Source of the DNA: Eledone cirrhosa
Taxonomy: Eukaryota
DNA: 64,000 nt
Direction: 5' to 3'
Assembly: GCA_964016885.1 (NCBI GenBank)
Contig: OZ024745.1
Span: 92,814,001 to 92,878,000, forward strand
The notes beneath the pieces were generated by a model. It saw nothing but the letters and a program-made list of their open reading frames with translations. It had not been told where the DNA came from and did not search any database. The position numbers were made by a program, and so were the translations under genes. Positions 27,936-42,608 of the stretch are shown piece after piece. Numbering within the stretch: the first letter of the stretch is position 1; each line of letters starts with the position of its first letter.

Positions 27936-29210
27936 ATATAAGATTTGTATGTGTGTACCCCCCCCCCCCCAACACACACACACACATCCCCCACTAACAC
28001 ACTCCTCAGTTTCACGGCCCCCACTCCCGGCCCTCCTCAAACTAACAATACTAACATACCCACTCCTCCCCCTAGCACACACACCCCACATGCCCGCCTG
28101 TACATATATACACGCACTCACACTATCCACACACCCTACTACCACCACTAACCCCCACCTGACCACCCCACAACTAATATTATTAACATCCCCCCAACCC
28201 ACCTTCCCCCTCACCTACATACACCCATCCACTGGTACACCACCCAACCACCACTAACCCCCACTTACACACCCACATTCAACCCCTTCCCCACCACCAG
28301 TAATACTAACACCCCCTCTACCACACACACACACCAGTACACTACACTCCCTCCTCCGTCCCCAACACCCTTTCTCTCCCTCTCTCTCCACCTACACCCC
28401 CTAACACACATCCCTTTAACACCTCCACTAATATACACACCCCCCACACACCACCACCTTCTCCCTCCACCTTTCACACCTATCCTCTCCCCTGTCCACC
28501 GTACCTCTGCACACACAGACACACAGTCCACACCACATACATACCCATTCTTTACCTGTAATCCTCCTCTACTGCTATCTCTTCACCCTGCCATGACCCT
28601 CTGACCACTTCCTGTTGCACGCGCACCCCACATATCTTCACTTCCACACTACCACACCAGGATTTCACACCACCGGTCATCGTTCCAGCTATCCATTCTA
28701 CGACACGCGAAATCTCCAACATCTTGTCTCACACTCCATGGAAATATCTTAGGAACATACACACGAACAAACATTATTTTCGAACCACGCCACCTACATC
28801 CACACCACATATAAACACAAACACACATGTGCGTATCCTCACATACACACACTCAGCCTCTGGACTCCACACGCCCCCTCTCCATCCACACACCGACTTC
28901 CACCACCCTCAGCCCCCCTGTCCACACCGGTTTCCCTTTTACCTGAACATGGAACCTTGTTCTTCCCCCAACTCTCACATTCACATACACACCTACACAT
29001 AAACACCACCTTCAGCCCTCCCTGTTTGAACCCCTCCCGCTCACTCTCCACCACCACCCCTACACGCCTCACACCCTTTCACCACTTGTTAATTTTTATT
29101 TTTTTTTTATTTCCTTTACTCTCTAAAAAAAATATTTTTTCCTCCCTTTTTCTTAAATGTCTATCCACCACTCCCCCACACACGCTCGGAACTCTCTTCC
29201 TACCCACTTT

Positions 29211-29246
29211 TCTCCTGATGAAGGGCTTATGCCCGAAACGTCGTCC
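29211..29246 (+). ncRNA. Minimal hammerhead core with degenerate stem I, in a probable PLE 3' terminal repeat (~28540-29340)
   Basis: CTGATGA-agggc ttat gccc-GAAACGTC; downstream tcaagcgtgaaactaata resembles the sequence after the 35184 motif. Confidence 0.6.
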
Positions 29247-29342
29247 CCCACCGCCCCACTCTCAAGCGTGAAACTAATACTAATATCATTTGTACTGCCT
29301 CTTCGTTTTTCTGTTTTTTGTTCTCTATTTATTAAACTATAT

Positions 29343-30661
29343 ATCATCATTGTTTAACGTCCATCTTCCACGCTAGCATGGGTTTGGACGTGAATTTTCC
29401 CACTTGAGGCAGGACTGGTTGTCTTGCTCGTATGGGACTGTCTGGCTGGTTTTCTATGGCTGGATGCCCTTCCTAACACCAACAACGTTTACAGTGTGGA
29501 CTGGGAGGTTTTTACCATGTTACCTACACGGCCACATTACAGCGTGGGCTGTGTGTTTTTTGTTGTGACACCTACACGACTTCATTTATTTAGGACTGGA
29601 TGTTGTGGTACCAACATAAATTTACATCGAAAGGGGGTGGTGTGGCTGGGGTGGGGGTAGTGGGACAGGGGTATATTTTGGTAAGAGGTGCCTACTGACT
29701 GTAGGTTTCGCAAGGCAAGGCGGGTCTTCTGTATTACTGCGTAGTGCCAAAGATCTCGGTCCAATGACATTGTCTTGGAGAGGTGTAGGTGTGTGAGGTC
29801 GGAATTTATCAAGTCGTCCCAGGTTTTTCTGGGTCTGCCTACTCCGTGGCTACCGTCTATTTTTATTGTCCTGGACTTTTTTATACAGCTGTCGTCTTTC
29901 ATGCGCATCAAGTGACCATACCAACGTAGTCGTCTCTCGAGTAAACAGCATCTGATCCCTCTTAATCCAGATTTCTCACTTAGTTCATTTATGCTTTGCC
30001 GTTCACGTATATTACTATTACACATCCAGCGGAGCATGCAAGCTACGTTCCTCTCCAGTCTGCGTATATCCTCTGCACACAATGCCCAGGTCTCACTGCC
30101 ATGTAACATTGCTGTTCGTATGTAGGCATCATACAGCCTGCCTTTTATTTTTAGAGAGAACCCTTTAGCGGCCAATAGTGGTATAAGCTCTCTGAACTTT
30201 TTCCATTCCGTTCTGACTCTAGCTACTGTACTTTCAGAGCACCCTCCGCCACTGCTGATTTTGTCACCCAGGTAACGGAAGGTATCCACTATTTCTATAG
30301 AACCATCTGTGCAATGGAATGGGCTAGTATTCTGTGGGCACTTGCTGCTACTTATTGCACCTGAGCACCGGCCACATATAAAATCTATATTCTTAGCTTA
30401 CCTGTGATCCCACTACATCTTTTATGCTCCCCTACTTTGCATTTGGGACATAAAATGGAGTTTCTGCCTACTCCTTTCCTACACACTGAGCATGGCCATT
30501 TCCCAGATGGGACCAGTGCCCTATTTTCCTTCCTAAATACTAGAACTTTAGTCTTAGACAGGTTAATTTTAAGGCCTTTTGATTCTAGGCCATGCTTCCA
30601 TGTTTGGAATTTCTTCTCTAGTTCAGCCATTGATTCAACTATAAGCATTAGATCATCAGCG

Positions 30662-30662
<1 letters not shown>
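29343..30662 (-). mobile_element. 5'-truncated RTE subfamily A copy beginning at YADD
   Basis: ORFs 30385-30696 (YADDL...GKWPCSVC) and 29582-30289; 3'UTR present. Confidence 0.93.
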
Positions 30663-30693
<31 letters not shown>

Positions 30694-33600
30694 CATACAT
30701 ATATATACTTATATATATACACATATGATTTAACAAATCCACTATCTCATTATTTCTATTCATGCCTTTTTGATGTAGTTTTTACAGCTGGATGCTCTTC
30801 CAAACACAAGGCACCACTATTGCATACATGTTATCACAAACAATGTCCTGACTTTCATTGAGGCTCTTGTTTTGTTATCTGAAACAGGTCACACCTCTTA
30901 TTCTCACATCACAAAAAATTCTTCATCAACCAAGTTTCAAAGTTCTTTATCATCCTTGTTCTGACTTCAGCCAAATCACACAACCTGATCACAATGTTAT
31001 GAAAGGGTAAGAGTTGTTGAAAGCAAATCTCTTTACCAAACTGAGCAATACAATCATGAGTGACAGTAGGGATAGTAACAAACTTAGCAACATAGTAGTT
31101 ATTACAATCCTTATCTGCAATGCTTTTCATGTCTCCATCTAATCAAAACACTATATGAAGAAGTTTATTGCATGACCAGAAGCAGACCGAGTCTTTAAAC
31201 CAGTGTGAGCACAACCATTGATTAACAGATTGCTGAGAGCTACAGCATGTTTTCACAATTAGGTTAAAACATGTTCCATTTTTATTTTAATCTTTGTGCA
31301 ACAGCTATGACAGTTTTTCATTACTTTTTTTCAGATGTTTTCTTTTAACCAGCCCAGTGACTCATCAGGCATTACCCAAATGCACATATGGCCAGTCTGC
31401 TTCTGTGCATGGCTCAAAATCAAACTATGTACAATATATCTTTATCATAGACATATGGATGGTTTCCAAATATTTGATTGGCCAACATGGTAAGGCCTGC
31501 TAAAGAAGCAACAAATACAATAACCCAACTTCTCTTAGTAGACTAAGTTTTATTGCTTGCTCATTCATTTTTACATATTTACATCTATTTTTCTCAAGTC
31601 ATCATAGACATAATACTCATAGTGAATATTTTATTAAGTCAAAAACTTATCTTTGTTGCATTGTCAGCAATGTTGTGTTACTGAAAACAGTTTCTTAAGA
31701 TTTCTTCTCATTATATTTCTCACAACAATGAGTTAAGTTTCTGCTAGTTTTGCTTCAGTTCGTCTTAATCATGTCAAGTCTGTGTATCATTTTAGACGAT
31801 CACCAATGAAACAGTATCACTAGGAGATTGAAGTTTTTCATGCTTTATGACAGTGAAGTCATTCGGCTAACATTCCCATGGTCGACTAACTTTCTTCAAG
31901 CTAACCAGTTAAGTATGAATGGTGAAAGATATTTATTTTGCAACTTTAATGACTAATGTAGAAAATGTTTTGAACACTAAGGTTAAATTCATGACATCAT
32001 CTCTCTCTAAATATATAAAAAGAAAAGTTCTCATCAGAGAACATAGATCTGGCGATGAAATGCTCTACAACTAAGGAGATATATTTGCAAGATTTGGCAA
32101 AAGTATATATCAATAACTTCATTGCCTTTAAATAAATTGTACTGCTAGTCCAAATATAGATCAAAGTAACTTATGCCTGTTCTAAATTTGAAGATAAATT
32201 ACACCAAACATTATCATCGTATCAGAGGCAACTATTGTAGTATAATACATTAAACAAGATTAATTTTAACAGTGTCAAAATCAAATATATTTATTTAGAA
32301 ATACCAGTTATAAATATTTTGAATTTTAATCTTATCATCATCTTCATCGTTTAACGTCCATCTTCCACGCTAGCATGGGTTAGACGGGTTTGTCCTACTT
32401 GATGCAAGATTGGTCGGGTGACCGTGTCTCACTCGTATAGAACTGTTTCTGGCTGGTTTTCCTAACGCCAACCACATTTACATTTATATGAAAATAAAAC
32501 AACTATTAATACTTTTGATACCAAACCACCTGAAACCAACCATGATTCTGTGATACAAAGTTGTCTATTTTAAGGAGTTTATACTTATCTGAAGATCTTG
32601 CATCATAATTTTATATAAGAATCTTTATGTTCCAAACACCAGCAAATAACGAGAAAGTTATATTAATAAATGTCTTCAAGTACTTGATTATTTTTTAAAT
32701 GATTAGAAATATGATAGAGGAAGTGTTAAATGCTTCACTTAAATTAGATGCTAAGTCTGAAAGTCTGAAAGGATTATTCTTCTAAATGATTTCCAACATT
32801 TTATAGAAAATAAATTAAGTTGTAATATTTTTATCAGTGAATTACACTCAATACACATTCAATAAATGTTATCCAGTAACCCAGTGGATGATTAAAGCAT
32901 TACCAAAGACTGTTTTTTTAAAGTAGGGTATCAAAACAAACCAACTTCTGTGAAGAAAACTATTTCAACACTAAGTTCTCCCTGTAAGGTGGTAATGCTG
33001 GAGTCCCAATAAAATGTTCCCAGTACATGTACAGTGGTTAGCATGAAAGGCATCGAGCCATAGAAATTAAACCCAAAACAGATTATACGAGAAAACCATG
33101 ATCGCCTTAACTAATCGAGCCTCAGTATGTGACAACCCATACAAGTATATAAAACAGATATTAAACATTGATGATGATGATGTCGAAAATATTTCCTGCC
33201 ACCTCCACCATTCTACTCCAAGAGCATAAGTGATTTAAACAAAATTTAAATTGTGCCAACAGGGAGCTGGAAACAGGACTTCAGTTTGTTGTGTGCCCCT
33301 CTCCATTAAATTATGTACAAACATTGACAATAATTAACCCTTTAGCATTCACATTATATATAATATTGTATTTTCACGGTAAAGGCTTTACCTCTCATAA
33401 TATTAAATCTATGAGATTTTAATATTATTTATGTTGAGAATAATATCTTAACATTAGTATGAGTGGCAAATTACAGCCGGTTTGAACAGAAAGAGGTGAG
33501 AGAATTCTGGCCGGATCCAGCTGGTTTAAATTCTGAAGGGTTAAACACTTACGTAAAAAAAAAAAAGATCACAGCTTTTAATGTGTCAACATATTTCATA

Positions 33601-33719
33601 AATAACATCTGTTTTTGACTTATATGCATATAACAGATGGAAGGAAACCAACTATAGAAACTGTGCCAAAAAAGGGAGGTGAGAAATATTCAGTTGTGTC
33701 AAGGGCACAACACAACATC

Positions 33720-34005
33720 TCTAATGTTGGTGACATGATAAAATGCACTTAGTACACACTATAAAATGGTTGGTGAATAGGGAGGGCATCTAACTGTAGA
33801 AAACTGCCAAACAAAGGTTAAAGGATCAAGAGGACTCTTCAATTGTGTCAAAGTCATAACAACCTCCATAGTGTTGGTGTCATGATAAGATGTACTTAGT
33901 ACACTCTGTAACCTTCCTAGTGTTGGTGCCATGATAAAATGTACTTGGAACACACTGTACCTCCCTAGCGTTGGTACCATGATAAATTGTACTTGATACA
34001 CTCTG
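33720..34005. repeat. Degenerate ~47-bp tandem repeat derived from SINE/RTE tail
   Basis: Repeated ctagtgttggtgccatgataaaatgtacttagtacacactgta. Confidence 0.7.
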
Positions 34006-34537
34006 CAGAGTACAGGAATGTATATAAGTGAGATGCAAGTTCTAGCCCGTGTCAGGGGTCAATTCTAATTAAGTACTGACCCGGTCTTTGAGGACACTTC
34101 TGACACTTTCTAACAGGGAAAATGATGATGGTGATGATGAAGCTGATGGTAATGATGTTGATGAACTCAACAAAATTGTTAGAACATCAGTTCTACTCTT
34201 CCTTCATAATATTAACCCCCCCTCCACACACACACACACAAAAAAACTATAAAAGAGTAAGTAATATTGTTCTGAGCATAAATGGCTTTAGATTAAACAT
34301 TTCTTCTCTTATTATTTGCCCACATATTCCTGAGAAGGTAATTGAGGCAGAATCCTCAAACACTCCTTCCAGCAGTTCCTTCAATTTCTAATGAAAGACT
34401 ATGATTTTCAAATTATTTTGAAAATAATCAAGAATTTGGAAAGGTTTAAGTAATATAGCTTTCTCTTTATCAGGTTGGTGTTTGGAACATAACAAAACTT
34501 ATTACAAAAAATTATGATGAAAGGTTTTTAATAAATA

Positions 34538-35012
34538 CTAGACCATCCGTCACACGTTGGGTCACATTCACTTTTAAAAATCATATTTACTTAAAAATAA
34601 TTTTTAAATAATTAAAATATAGACAAACATGTATATAATGTGAAATGAAACTGGAAGGCCCTTATATATACGTGTGTGTGTGTGTGTATACATATATATA
34701 TATGTGTGTGTATATATATATGTGGGTGTCTGATCTATAACACTGGTCATAGGCACACACAACAACACCATCAACTATCTTTCTCTCTTCCATTCTCCTT
34801 TTCTCTATGTCCCTCTTTCAATCTACTCTCTCACAAAGACTGTCTGTCTCTCTCTCTCTCTCTCTCTGTGTTTATGAAGGTACCCGTGGTCCAATTTATG
34901 CAAAAATTGTTTTATTCCATTTGTATTCCCATTATGTACCCTTTTGGCTGTATTACATTACAGACAAGCAAGCAAGCAATCACAGAATTTTAGTACTATA
35001 TAGATAGATAGA
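34538..35012 (-). mobile_element. Non-autonomous Helitron-like element inserted in a piggyBac MITE
   Basis: On - strand 5' TCTATCTAT..., 3' gacccaacgtgtgacggatggtCTAG; interrupts MITE family 2 sequence. Confidence 0.6.
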
Positions 35013-35183
35013 CACTTTGAAAAGAAATAGTTTTGTATCATAGAACCAGGGAGTCTGGTATCAAAAGGGTTAAAACCTGTCCAAGAGATGGCAAGATGAA
35101 TGGATCTGTTATTTTTCTCTAAAAACATTTTTTTTTTTATTCCGTCCTGCCCGTCCCTTCAATCTTTCTAATTTTTCATTCTT

Positions 35184-35219
35184 TCTTCTGATGAAGGACT
35201 AACAATTGAAACGTTAAGA
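35184..35219 (+). ncRNA. Minimal hammerhead motif, weak stem II
   Basis: tctt-CTGATGA-aggactaacaatt-GAAACGTT-aaga; palindromic stem III ACGT. Confidence 0.6.
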
Positions 35220-35328
35220 CCCTCTTCCTGCTATTTCAAGCATTGAACTAATATATTCCTTCGATATACTGTACCGATTGTGTTGTTATTTGTTTATCTG
35301 TTACATATACACCTATACATACATATAT

Positions 35329-35373
<45 letters not shown>

Positions 35374-35530
35374 GTTACAATGTCAAGCATATTTACTGGG
35401 ATACTGAGATTATAAGCACATTGTAACTCCATATACCGGCTCTGCATGATCCTATCATTGCATTGAGCTAAAATACACCTAGTAAATGAGTGAAATTTAC
35501 TCCCATTAATATTTCTATTATATATATATA

Positions 35531-36445
35531 ACAGTTGGAATCAAGGGGACTGAGAGTGAACATAACTAAGACAAAAGTGTTGATAAGTAGAAGAGAGGAC
35601 AATACTCTGATTCCATCGAGGAAATGGCCATGTTCGATATGTAGGAAAGGAACTGGCATAAAATTTACGCAATGCAGATCTTGGGTACACAAGAGATGTA
35701 GTGGGATAGCAGGCAAACTAACAGGTAGGGAAAACTATGTATGCAGTAGATGTACAGGGAAAGTTGGAAGTAGTAATTGCAGTGATAGACACATTTTTCC
35801 AATGCAGGTGGGTTCTATAGAAGTGGTTGATAGCTTCCGGTACCTAGGTGATCAGATTAGCATGGGAGGGGGGGGGGGTGTTCCGAAGCCATAGTATCTA
35901 GAATAAGGATGGGTTGGAAGTAGTTTAGGGAGCTGCTTCCTCTGTTGACAAAGAAAGGTTTCTCCCTGCATACGAAAGGACAGTTATATGATGCCTGTGC
36001 GAGATGCATGATGCTGCATGGTAGTGAGACATGGGCAGCAACTGCAGAAGATATGCAACGGCTGGAGAGAAATGAAGCAAGTATGCTCCGTTGGGTGTGC
36101 AATGTCAATGTGCATGAACGACCAAGCATAGACGAGTTGAGAAAGAAACTGGGTATAAGAGAGATAAGTTGAGGTATGCAGGAGAGAAGGCTGAGATGGT
36201 ATGGATAGGTGATGCGCATGGAGGATGGCCGCTGGGTAAAGAAGTGCTAAGAAATCCCAGTAGAAGGAAGACGCAGTAGAGGTAGACCACAAAAAACATG
36301 GGGGGAGGTTGTGAGAGCAGACCTCAGATCGCTGAAACTCACCGAAGAGATGACAAAGGACCGGGACAAGTGGAGAGATGCTGTGTTGAATAGGACCCGT
36401 CCAACCCTTGCAAGCAGGGAAAAGCAGACGTATGGTGATGATGAT
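35531..36445 (+). mobile_element. 5'-truncated RTE subfamily B copy
   Basis: ORFs 35535-35894, 35945-36172, 36311-36571; similar to 26381-27291. Confidence 0.92.
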
Positions 36446-39400
36446 ATACATATATCTATCTATATATATATATATATATACATACTCTATTACTTTCTCT
36501 TATCGTGCCTCCTTATGTTTATATTCAATCAGACAAGAGATAGAAATATATGGCTGCTATTTGGATATTAGAAACAAAGAATAATCTAAAATTACAATGA
36601 TGAATATATAAATAAGAAATTTAAGTCATCCCTTGAGATTAAGTCTGAAATAGCTTAAGAGTTTATTTACAATTGATACATTTTAGTTTATCTCTCAACT
36701 AACAAACATTGATATATAATATAACCTCCACAAATTTCTTGAGGTATGGTCATATTTGGAATCAATTAAGTCAAATTTAATTCACGCCCAAAGAAACAAA
36801 AGGTAAACTTGATTGTATTTAACCCTTTAGCATTTATAGTACGCTATATTTACTATTGCATTTTTATGGTAAAGGCCTTACCTCACATAACAAATCTATG
36901 AGATTTTGATATTTATTTTGAGAACAATATCTTAACATCAGTATAAGCAGCTGGTTACAACTGGTTTGAACAGAAAGTGGTGAGAGAATTCTGGCTGGAT
37001 ATGGCTGATTTAAACCCATTAACAATTGCACAAAGTTATGTCATTAAGTACCAGTAATATATAATAAACGAGGTGATGGATAAACATGGATTTCTGCTGA
37101 AGTTAGGTATCAATATTTGTCTTTTTATCCATTTTCTCAGAACAAAATAGCTTCCTTTGAAATTCTATTCTGTAAATGAAACTTGATGTCTTTGAATTCT
37201 TAGCTTGAAATTTCCAACTCATTTAAATTCACTTCATTCCTCCAACTCATATTGTCCAATCAAAACGTTTATACTATCATTTATCTTTCTAACATTTTTA
37301 AGTCATTTGAATTCAATGTCTATTTTACTGAAGCATTTTAAATAAAAAGAATTTAAAATAAATTTTATGGTTGGTCACACAGAACGTAAACTGTAGACAA
37401 CATTTTTCTGACAGCAGAGAAAGAAGGAAAAACTAGAAAGAACTATAAAATCTGGAGCAGTTGGAAATGAAGGGGACATGAATTTATTCATTTGTAGTCA
37501 GCTTCAGAATGTTGGTTAAACTTCGCAGTAACTTTGAAATTAATAATAATATTATGAATGTTTTTTTTTAAAGAAAAATGAATTATAGAATAACTTAGCT
37601 GAAAAACAGCCATTGCAGTTTTAGAATGATGGATTAGTTAGGTATAAAAAAAAAGATCATATTCATGGAAAAATGCACAGCAGTGACAAGCAATTCAACT
37701 CATACCAGAACTAAAACAAAATATAAATAAATAAAATAAAAACATGTTAAATGTTTAAGAAATAAAATTTAAAATATTCAGAGGCAAATTGAAATATATA
37801 TTTTGATATATCATTAACCTTATCGTTACCATATTTCTAATGAAAGATGTTTCAAGTAATTTTGAAAATAACAAAAAATTGGAGGGAATTTAGTAAAGTA
37901 ACTAACTTTTTCATTTGTAAGCTAAGGTTTCAAACAGTACTTAAAAATTCTTACATAAAATTATGATGGCTGATTTTTTAATATAAGGATGGACACCAAG
38001 AAATAAACAGTCATGTATGATAGAACCAGGTCGATATCAAAAAGGTTAAAAGATATTGAAGATGGGTTGTAAACAGAGGAGTTTTAAAGCAAACTCAAAA
38101 GCACAGTGGTACTTATGTGAGAGATTAAACTTGAGAAATTATCCAAACCAAATGTGAAAAGTTGCCATTCAAGTTGCAAACCAGTAAAATATTGGGGAAA
38201 GGCAAAAATATATATATACATCTAGGTCCTTAACTCCAGATAGTGTTGTAGGGACAGCAGTCTAACACACTTGGTTATTTTTTTAAAACTAATCTAAACA
38301 GCGTTGATTTCTTAGAGAGAGAGAGGAAGTACTGACTCCAGTATTAGACTGGTACTTTATTTATCAACCTTGAAAGGGTGAAAGACTAAGTTAATCTCAG
38401 CAGGTTTTGAACTCCAAGTTCAGCAAGTCAGAACAAATACCAAGACATTTTAAATCTTCCTTAACGATGACTCTGCCAATTCGCTGCCTTTATTGTATAC
38501 ATATGATTGCAAAAATCAAAACTATCTCTTAAACACTTCTATTCATGATTCATTATTCAAAAATAAAAATATAAAGATATGTCAAAGTATTACTTTATTA
38601 GTAAATCTTATTAAGATTTACAATATTTTACTAGAAAGCTACAGAACTCTTATTATTTTCTCAGGCAGTACCAAACCTAAATGATGCTATCTAATTGTTC
38701 ATATTACAACTAATGTCTTTTCTTCAGTTTTAACAACATTATCATCCACCATCACATATAATATCTGAACAATTTATCTTCAGAAATCTCATTTGTATAT
38801 CCAATTGACTAGAGACTTCTTTAGCACCAGCAATTTTAATATTTAATTCTTCAGTCACCCAGCAGACCACAAACAATTATATATAAACAGCATTACCATA
38901 TTATTTGAATTCTGGACTCAGCAGCACTCGTTTCATTACACATATTTTATAAGCATATTGATCGAAACTGTCCTACAGACTATTTGGTTTCAGAAGAAAT
39001 TTACAAACTATATTTTATTATTTGTTGACAATCCTACCTTTTATATCTTATAGAACAAACATATTTGGTAGGAAATTTACAGTGGAATGCCACAAATTCT
39101 CTACTCTCTTCTATATAGTTCTTATACACAATTTGAAATGTAATTTTTGGGTACAAGTTAAAGAAAGCTACATGCTGTTTCATCATCATCACCATCATTT
39201 TTACACCCATTTTTCTATGCTCGCATGGGTTTGTTTATGTATATATGTATATATATGTGTATGTTTCTGTGTCACGCTGAATTTCCATGAGAACTACGTT
39301 AAGGGTACACGTGTTTGTGGAATGTTCAGCCACTTGCACTTTAATTTCACGGGCAGCCTGTTCCATTGATCGTATCAACAGGAATACTAGTTGTCGTAAA

Positions 39401-41918
39401 TTAGCAGTGTCATGAGAATGTTGGATATAATGCTTTGTAGTATTCATTTTGGCTGTTTTCTCTGAGTTTAACCCATTAGCATTTAAACCTGCCATATCTG
39501 GCCAGAATTCTCTCACCACTTTCTGTTCAAACCGGCCATAACTAGCCACTCATACTGATGTTAAGGTATTGTTCTCAAAATAAATAATCTCATAGATTCG
39601 ATATTATGTGAGATAAAGCCATTACCGCAAAAATACAATAGTATATATAGAGTAATGTAAATACCACCAAGGTCATCTTTGCCTTTCACCTTTTCAAGGT
39701 TAATAAAAAAAAAAATACCAGTCCATTACTGTGGTTGATTCTTTCACTATATTTCTTTCTCGCTTCCTCCCTCTTTTTCTCTGCGAAGAACACAGCTATA
39801 GTTGGACTTAGAGAAGGGATAGCTCTGACAGGTTTAAAGTTCCCAAAACACTGTGTGACAATGGCCCCACTATGACACCATCATGAGTTATCGGTCCATA
39901 CATTCCCATGTATGTGTGTAGCTTGGCTGTGTAGTTAGGGATGGGGGGGTCACTTTGCAACCACATAGTTTTGGGTTCTGTTCTACTATATGGCACCATG
40001 GGCAAGTGTCTTCTATCATAGCCTCAAGCTAACCAATACCTTGTGAGTAAATTTTGTCAATGGAAACTTTAAGAGGGTCTATCATGTGTATGTGTATGTG
40101 TGTGTGTGTGCGTGTATGTATAGCATTAATTCATATCTGATACTGCCAAGGTGGCGTTTCTTTGTGCCTCACATAAACAATATTTCCTGTGACTCAGTGG
40201 TTTCCTGTGAAAAGATTAGTGCTCTAAATAAAGTTTGGTATTATCCATTTCATGACAGCATGGAAAAGCACGACATAAAAATAATATTGATGACATACAT
40301 ACTCAAAAAATATGTATATATAACCATACAAATACTTAAATACATATAATGCATTAATTTCTCATACGATTTTTTTCAAATATATTGCTTCATTGATAAA
40401 ATAAAAAGCAGGAGGAAATGACTTCATGCTTTAGTCACATGTGTTTCCTTTCAAGTTAAGGCTTTCAGTACACTTATTTACATAAACATTAGCACGAGTA
40501 AATATTTCCCTTTTCCTAGGATTATGAATTTTGTTCATTCAGTAGTAAGCTAGACCAAATAATTATATGCTACTTATGTTTGACTTTGAATACTGTTGAA
40601 AGATAAATTTGCCTTTCAAAGTTTGATATAAGTATTTACTCCAGTGCAGTTTACTGTTGAAAACAGAAGCACTGCATAATTTAAAGATTTTGGGCTATTT
40701 TTCAGTGCTGGGCTCCAAACCTTTCATGGACATATAGTAAAAAAACAAAAAACAAGCCAGCAAGCCATTCCAATGAATCCTACAAGGTGAGATTTGTTGA
40801 TTACAGAGAAAACAGTAACTAACATCTTATTTACAGAGTTGTCAGAGAAATTAAATTACTTGCATTAGATTGTATATATATTGTCCCAAAAAATGAATAC
40901 ACATTTCAACAGCATTCTAATAAATATTGCATGTACAGGCAACATCAAAGTATGTATACATTTTTTGGGACACCCTGTATATATATATATATATATATGT
41001 GCCCCACCCACCTCCCACTGTAAAGTGTTCATGTACGTCACAACATAAAAAACACCCAGCCCACACTTTAAAGTGGTTGTGTAGGTGCCAGGGTAAAAAA
41101 AAGGACCCAGTCCATACTGTAAATGAGGTTGGTGTTAGGAAGGGTATCCAGCTGTAGAAATCAAGCCAAAATCAGTTCTGTATGAGCAAGACATGGTCAC
41201 CTGACCTGGCATTGCCCACAACAGGACAACCTGTCTAACCCATGCTAGTGTGGAAGAATGGATGTAAAACGGTGATGATGATGATGTTAATATATATATA
41301 TAAATATATAAGCAAATAAACACATGGAAAAATGAATGTAAATGACAAACAAGTATCTATTTTCCTATTCAGCCACCCCTAGAAGTGAAATTTTGTATGA
41401 TATACATACAATAATAATTGTTTCTACTTTTGGCACAAGGCCAGCAATTACCCAGTGCATTACTGGTACTTTATTTTATCCACCCCGTAAGGATGAAAGG
41501 CAAAGTTAACCTCATCGGGATTTGAACTCAATAATACTAATAATGGTTTCTTATATAGGCACAAGGCCAGTAATATTTTTTGGGGGGAAGGAGAATGTCG
41601 ATTAAATCGACCCCAGTGTGTGACTGGTACTTTATTTTATCGAGCCCGTAAGGATGAAAGGCAAAGTTAACCTCGGCGGGATTTGAACTCAGAATGGCAA
41701 GGGCCGAAACTCTATACGTCAAAGCATGGCATCCGACCCTCTAGCGATACTGCCAATCCACCAATAATAATGAGTAGAAACAAGGTATTAATATAGTATC
41801 CTTATTTTTATACACTTATGACACTCATTTTGTAATCGATCAGTTCAAGGAATGATCAGCATTGATCACACACAAATCTGGAATCGATGACTCATCAGAC
41901 TTATGGATTCCTTCATGA

Positions 41919-42014
<96 letters not shown>

Positions 42015-42232
42015 TGCATGCATGCATGTGTGTGTGCATGCATGCGTGTAATAAGTTACAACAGTGACATGTATAGGTAGTTAAGTTCCATTAGGTTATT
42101 CACTCCAACTCATTCAGCCTGTCATATATGGAGATTTTAGAAAGTATAGGAGAGTTCTATATATTTATATATATATATATATTTATATATACGATATTAA
42201 CAAATGGAAACTATATTTATAAAACCATATTT

Positions 42233-42295
42233 ATTTCATTATACATATTTCAAGAACACCATGTTAAATTATGGTGTGCTTTCATCAGATAAAAT
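42233..42295 (-). ncRNA. Type I hammerhead ribozyme (intact core)
   Basis: - strand: attttat-CTGATGA-aagcacaccat aatttaac atggtgttctt-GAAATATGTATA-atgaaat. Confidence 0.9.
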
Positions 42296-42375
42296 ATAAT
42301 ATAGATCAGTTTTATAAATAAATATTGACATACCCTTAAAAAATGCAACCATTACTGTTGGAAGCTCCCGGGAGC

Positions 42376-42436
42376 TTTTATTTGATGAAAGCACACCATA
42401 ATTTAACTTGGTGTTCTTGAAATATGTATAATGAAA
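42376..42436 (+). ncRNA. Hammerhead copy with C3U core substitution (TTGATGA)
   Basis: ttttat-TTGATGA-aagcacacca...tggtgttctt-GAAATATGTATA-atgaaa. Confidence 0.7.
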
Positions 42437-42565
42437 TAAATATGGTTTTATAAATATAGTTTCCATTTGTTAATATCGTATTTTTACTCCAAATATTTGT
42501 TGAGTGCTTTATATCAGTTATAAAAATATTTGCTTGTTGTATCCCAACAATTTAAATAGAACTTT

Positions 42566-42608
<43 letters not shown>

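Larger units (their letters stand above)
42189..42570. mobile_element. Fold-back hammerhead element in (TA)n; arms 42189-42295 / 42376-42481
   Basis: Inverted arms read directly; same family as 59462-59717. Confidence 0.88.

Noticed and set aside
27960-28540. Pro/Thr/His-rich ORFs
   Set aside because: C/A-rich low-complexity DNA
30800-31950. Degraded hAT-like transposase or host exon on minus strand
   Set aside because: Only vague similarity by eye, many stops, no TIRs identified; needs tBLASTn/HMM
41870-41905. CTGATGA on minus strand (also at ~31362 and ~32032)
   Set aside because: No compatible stems I-III
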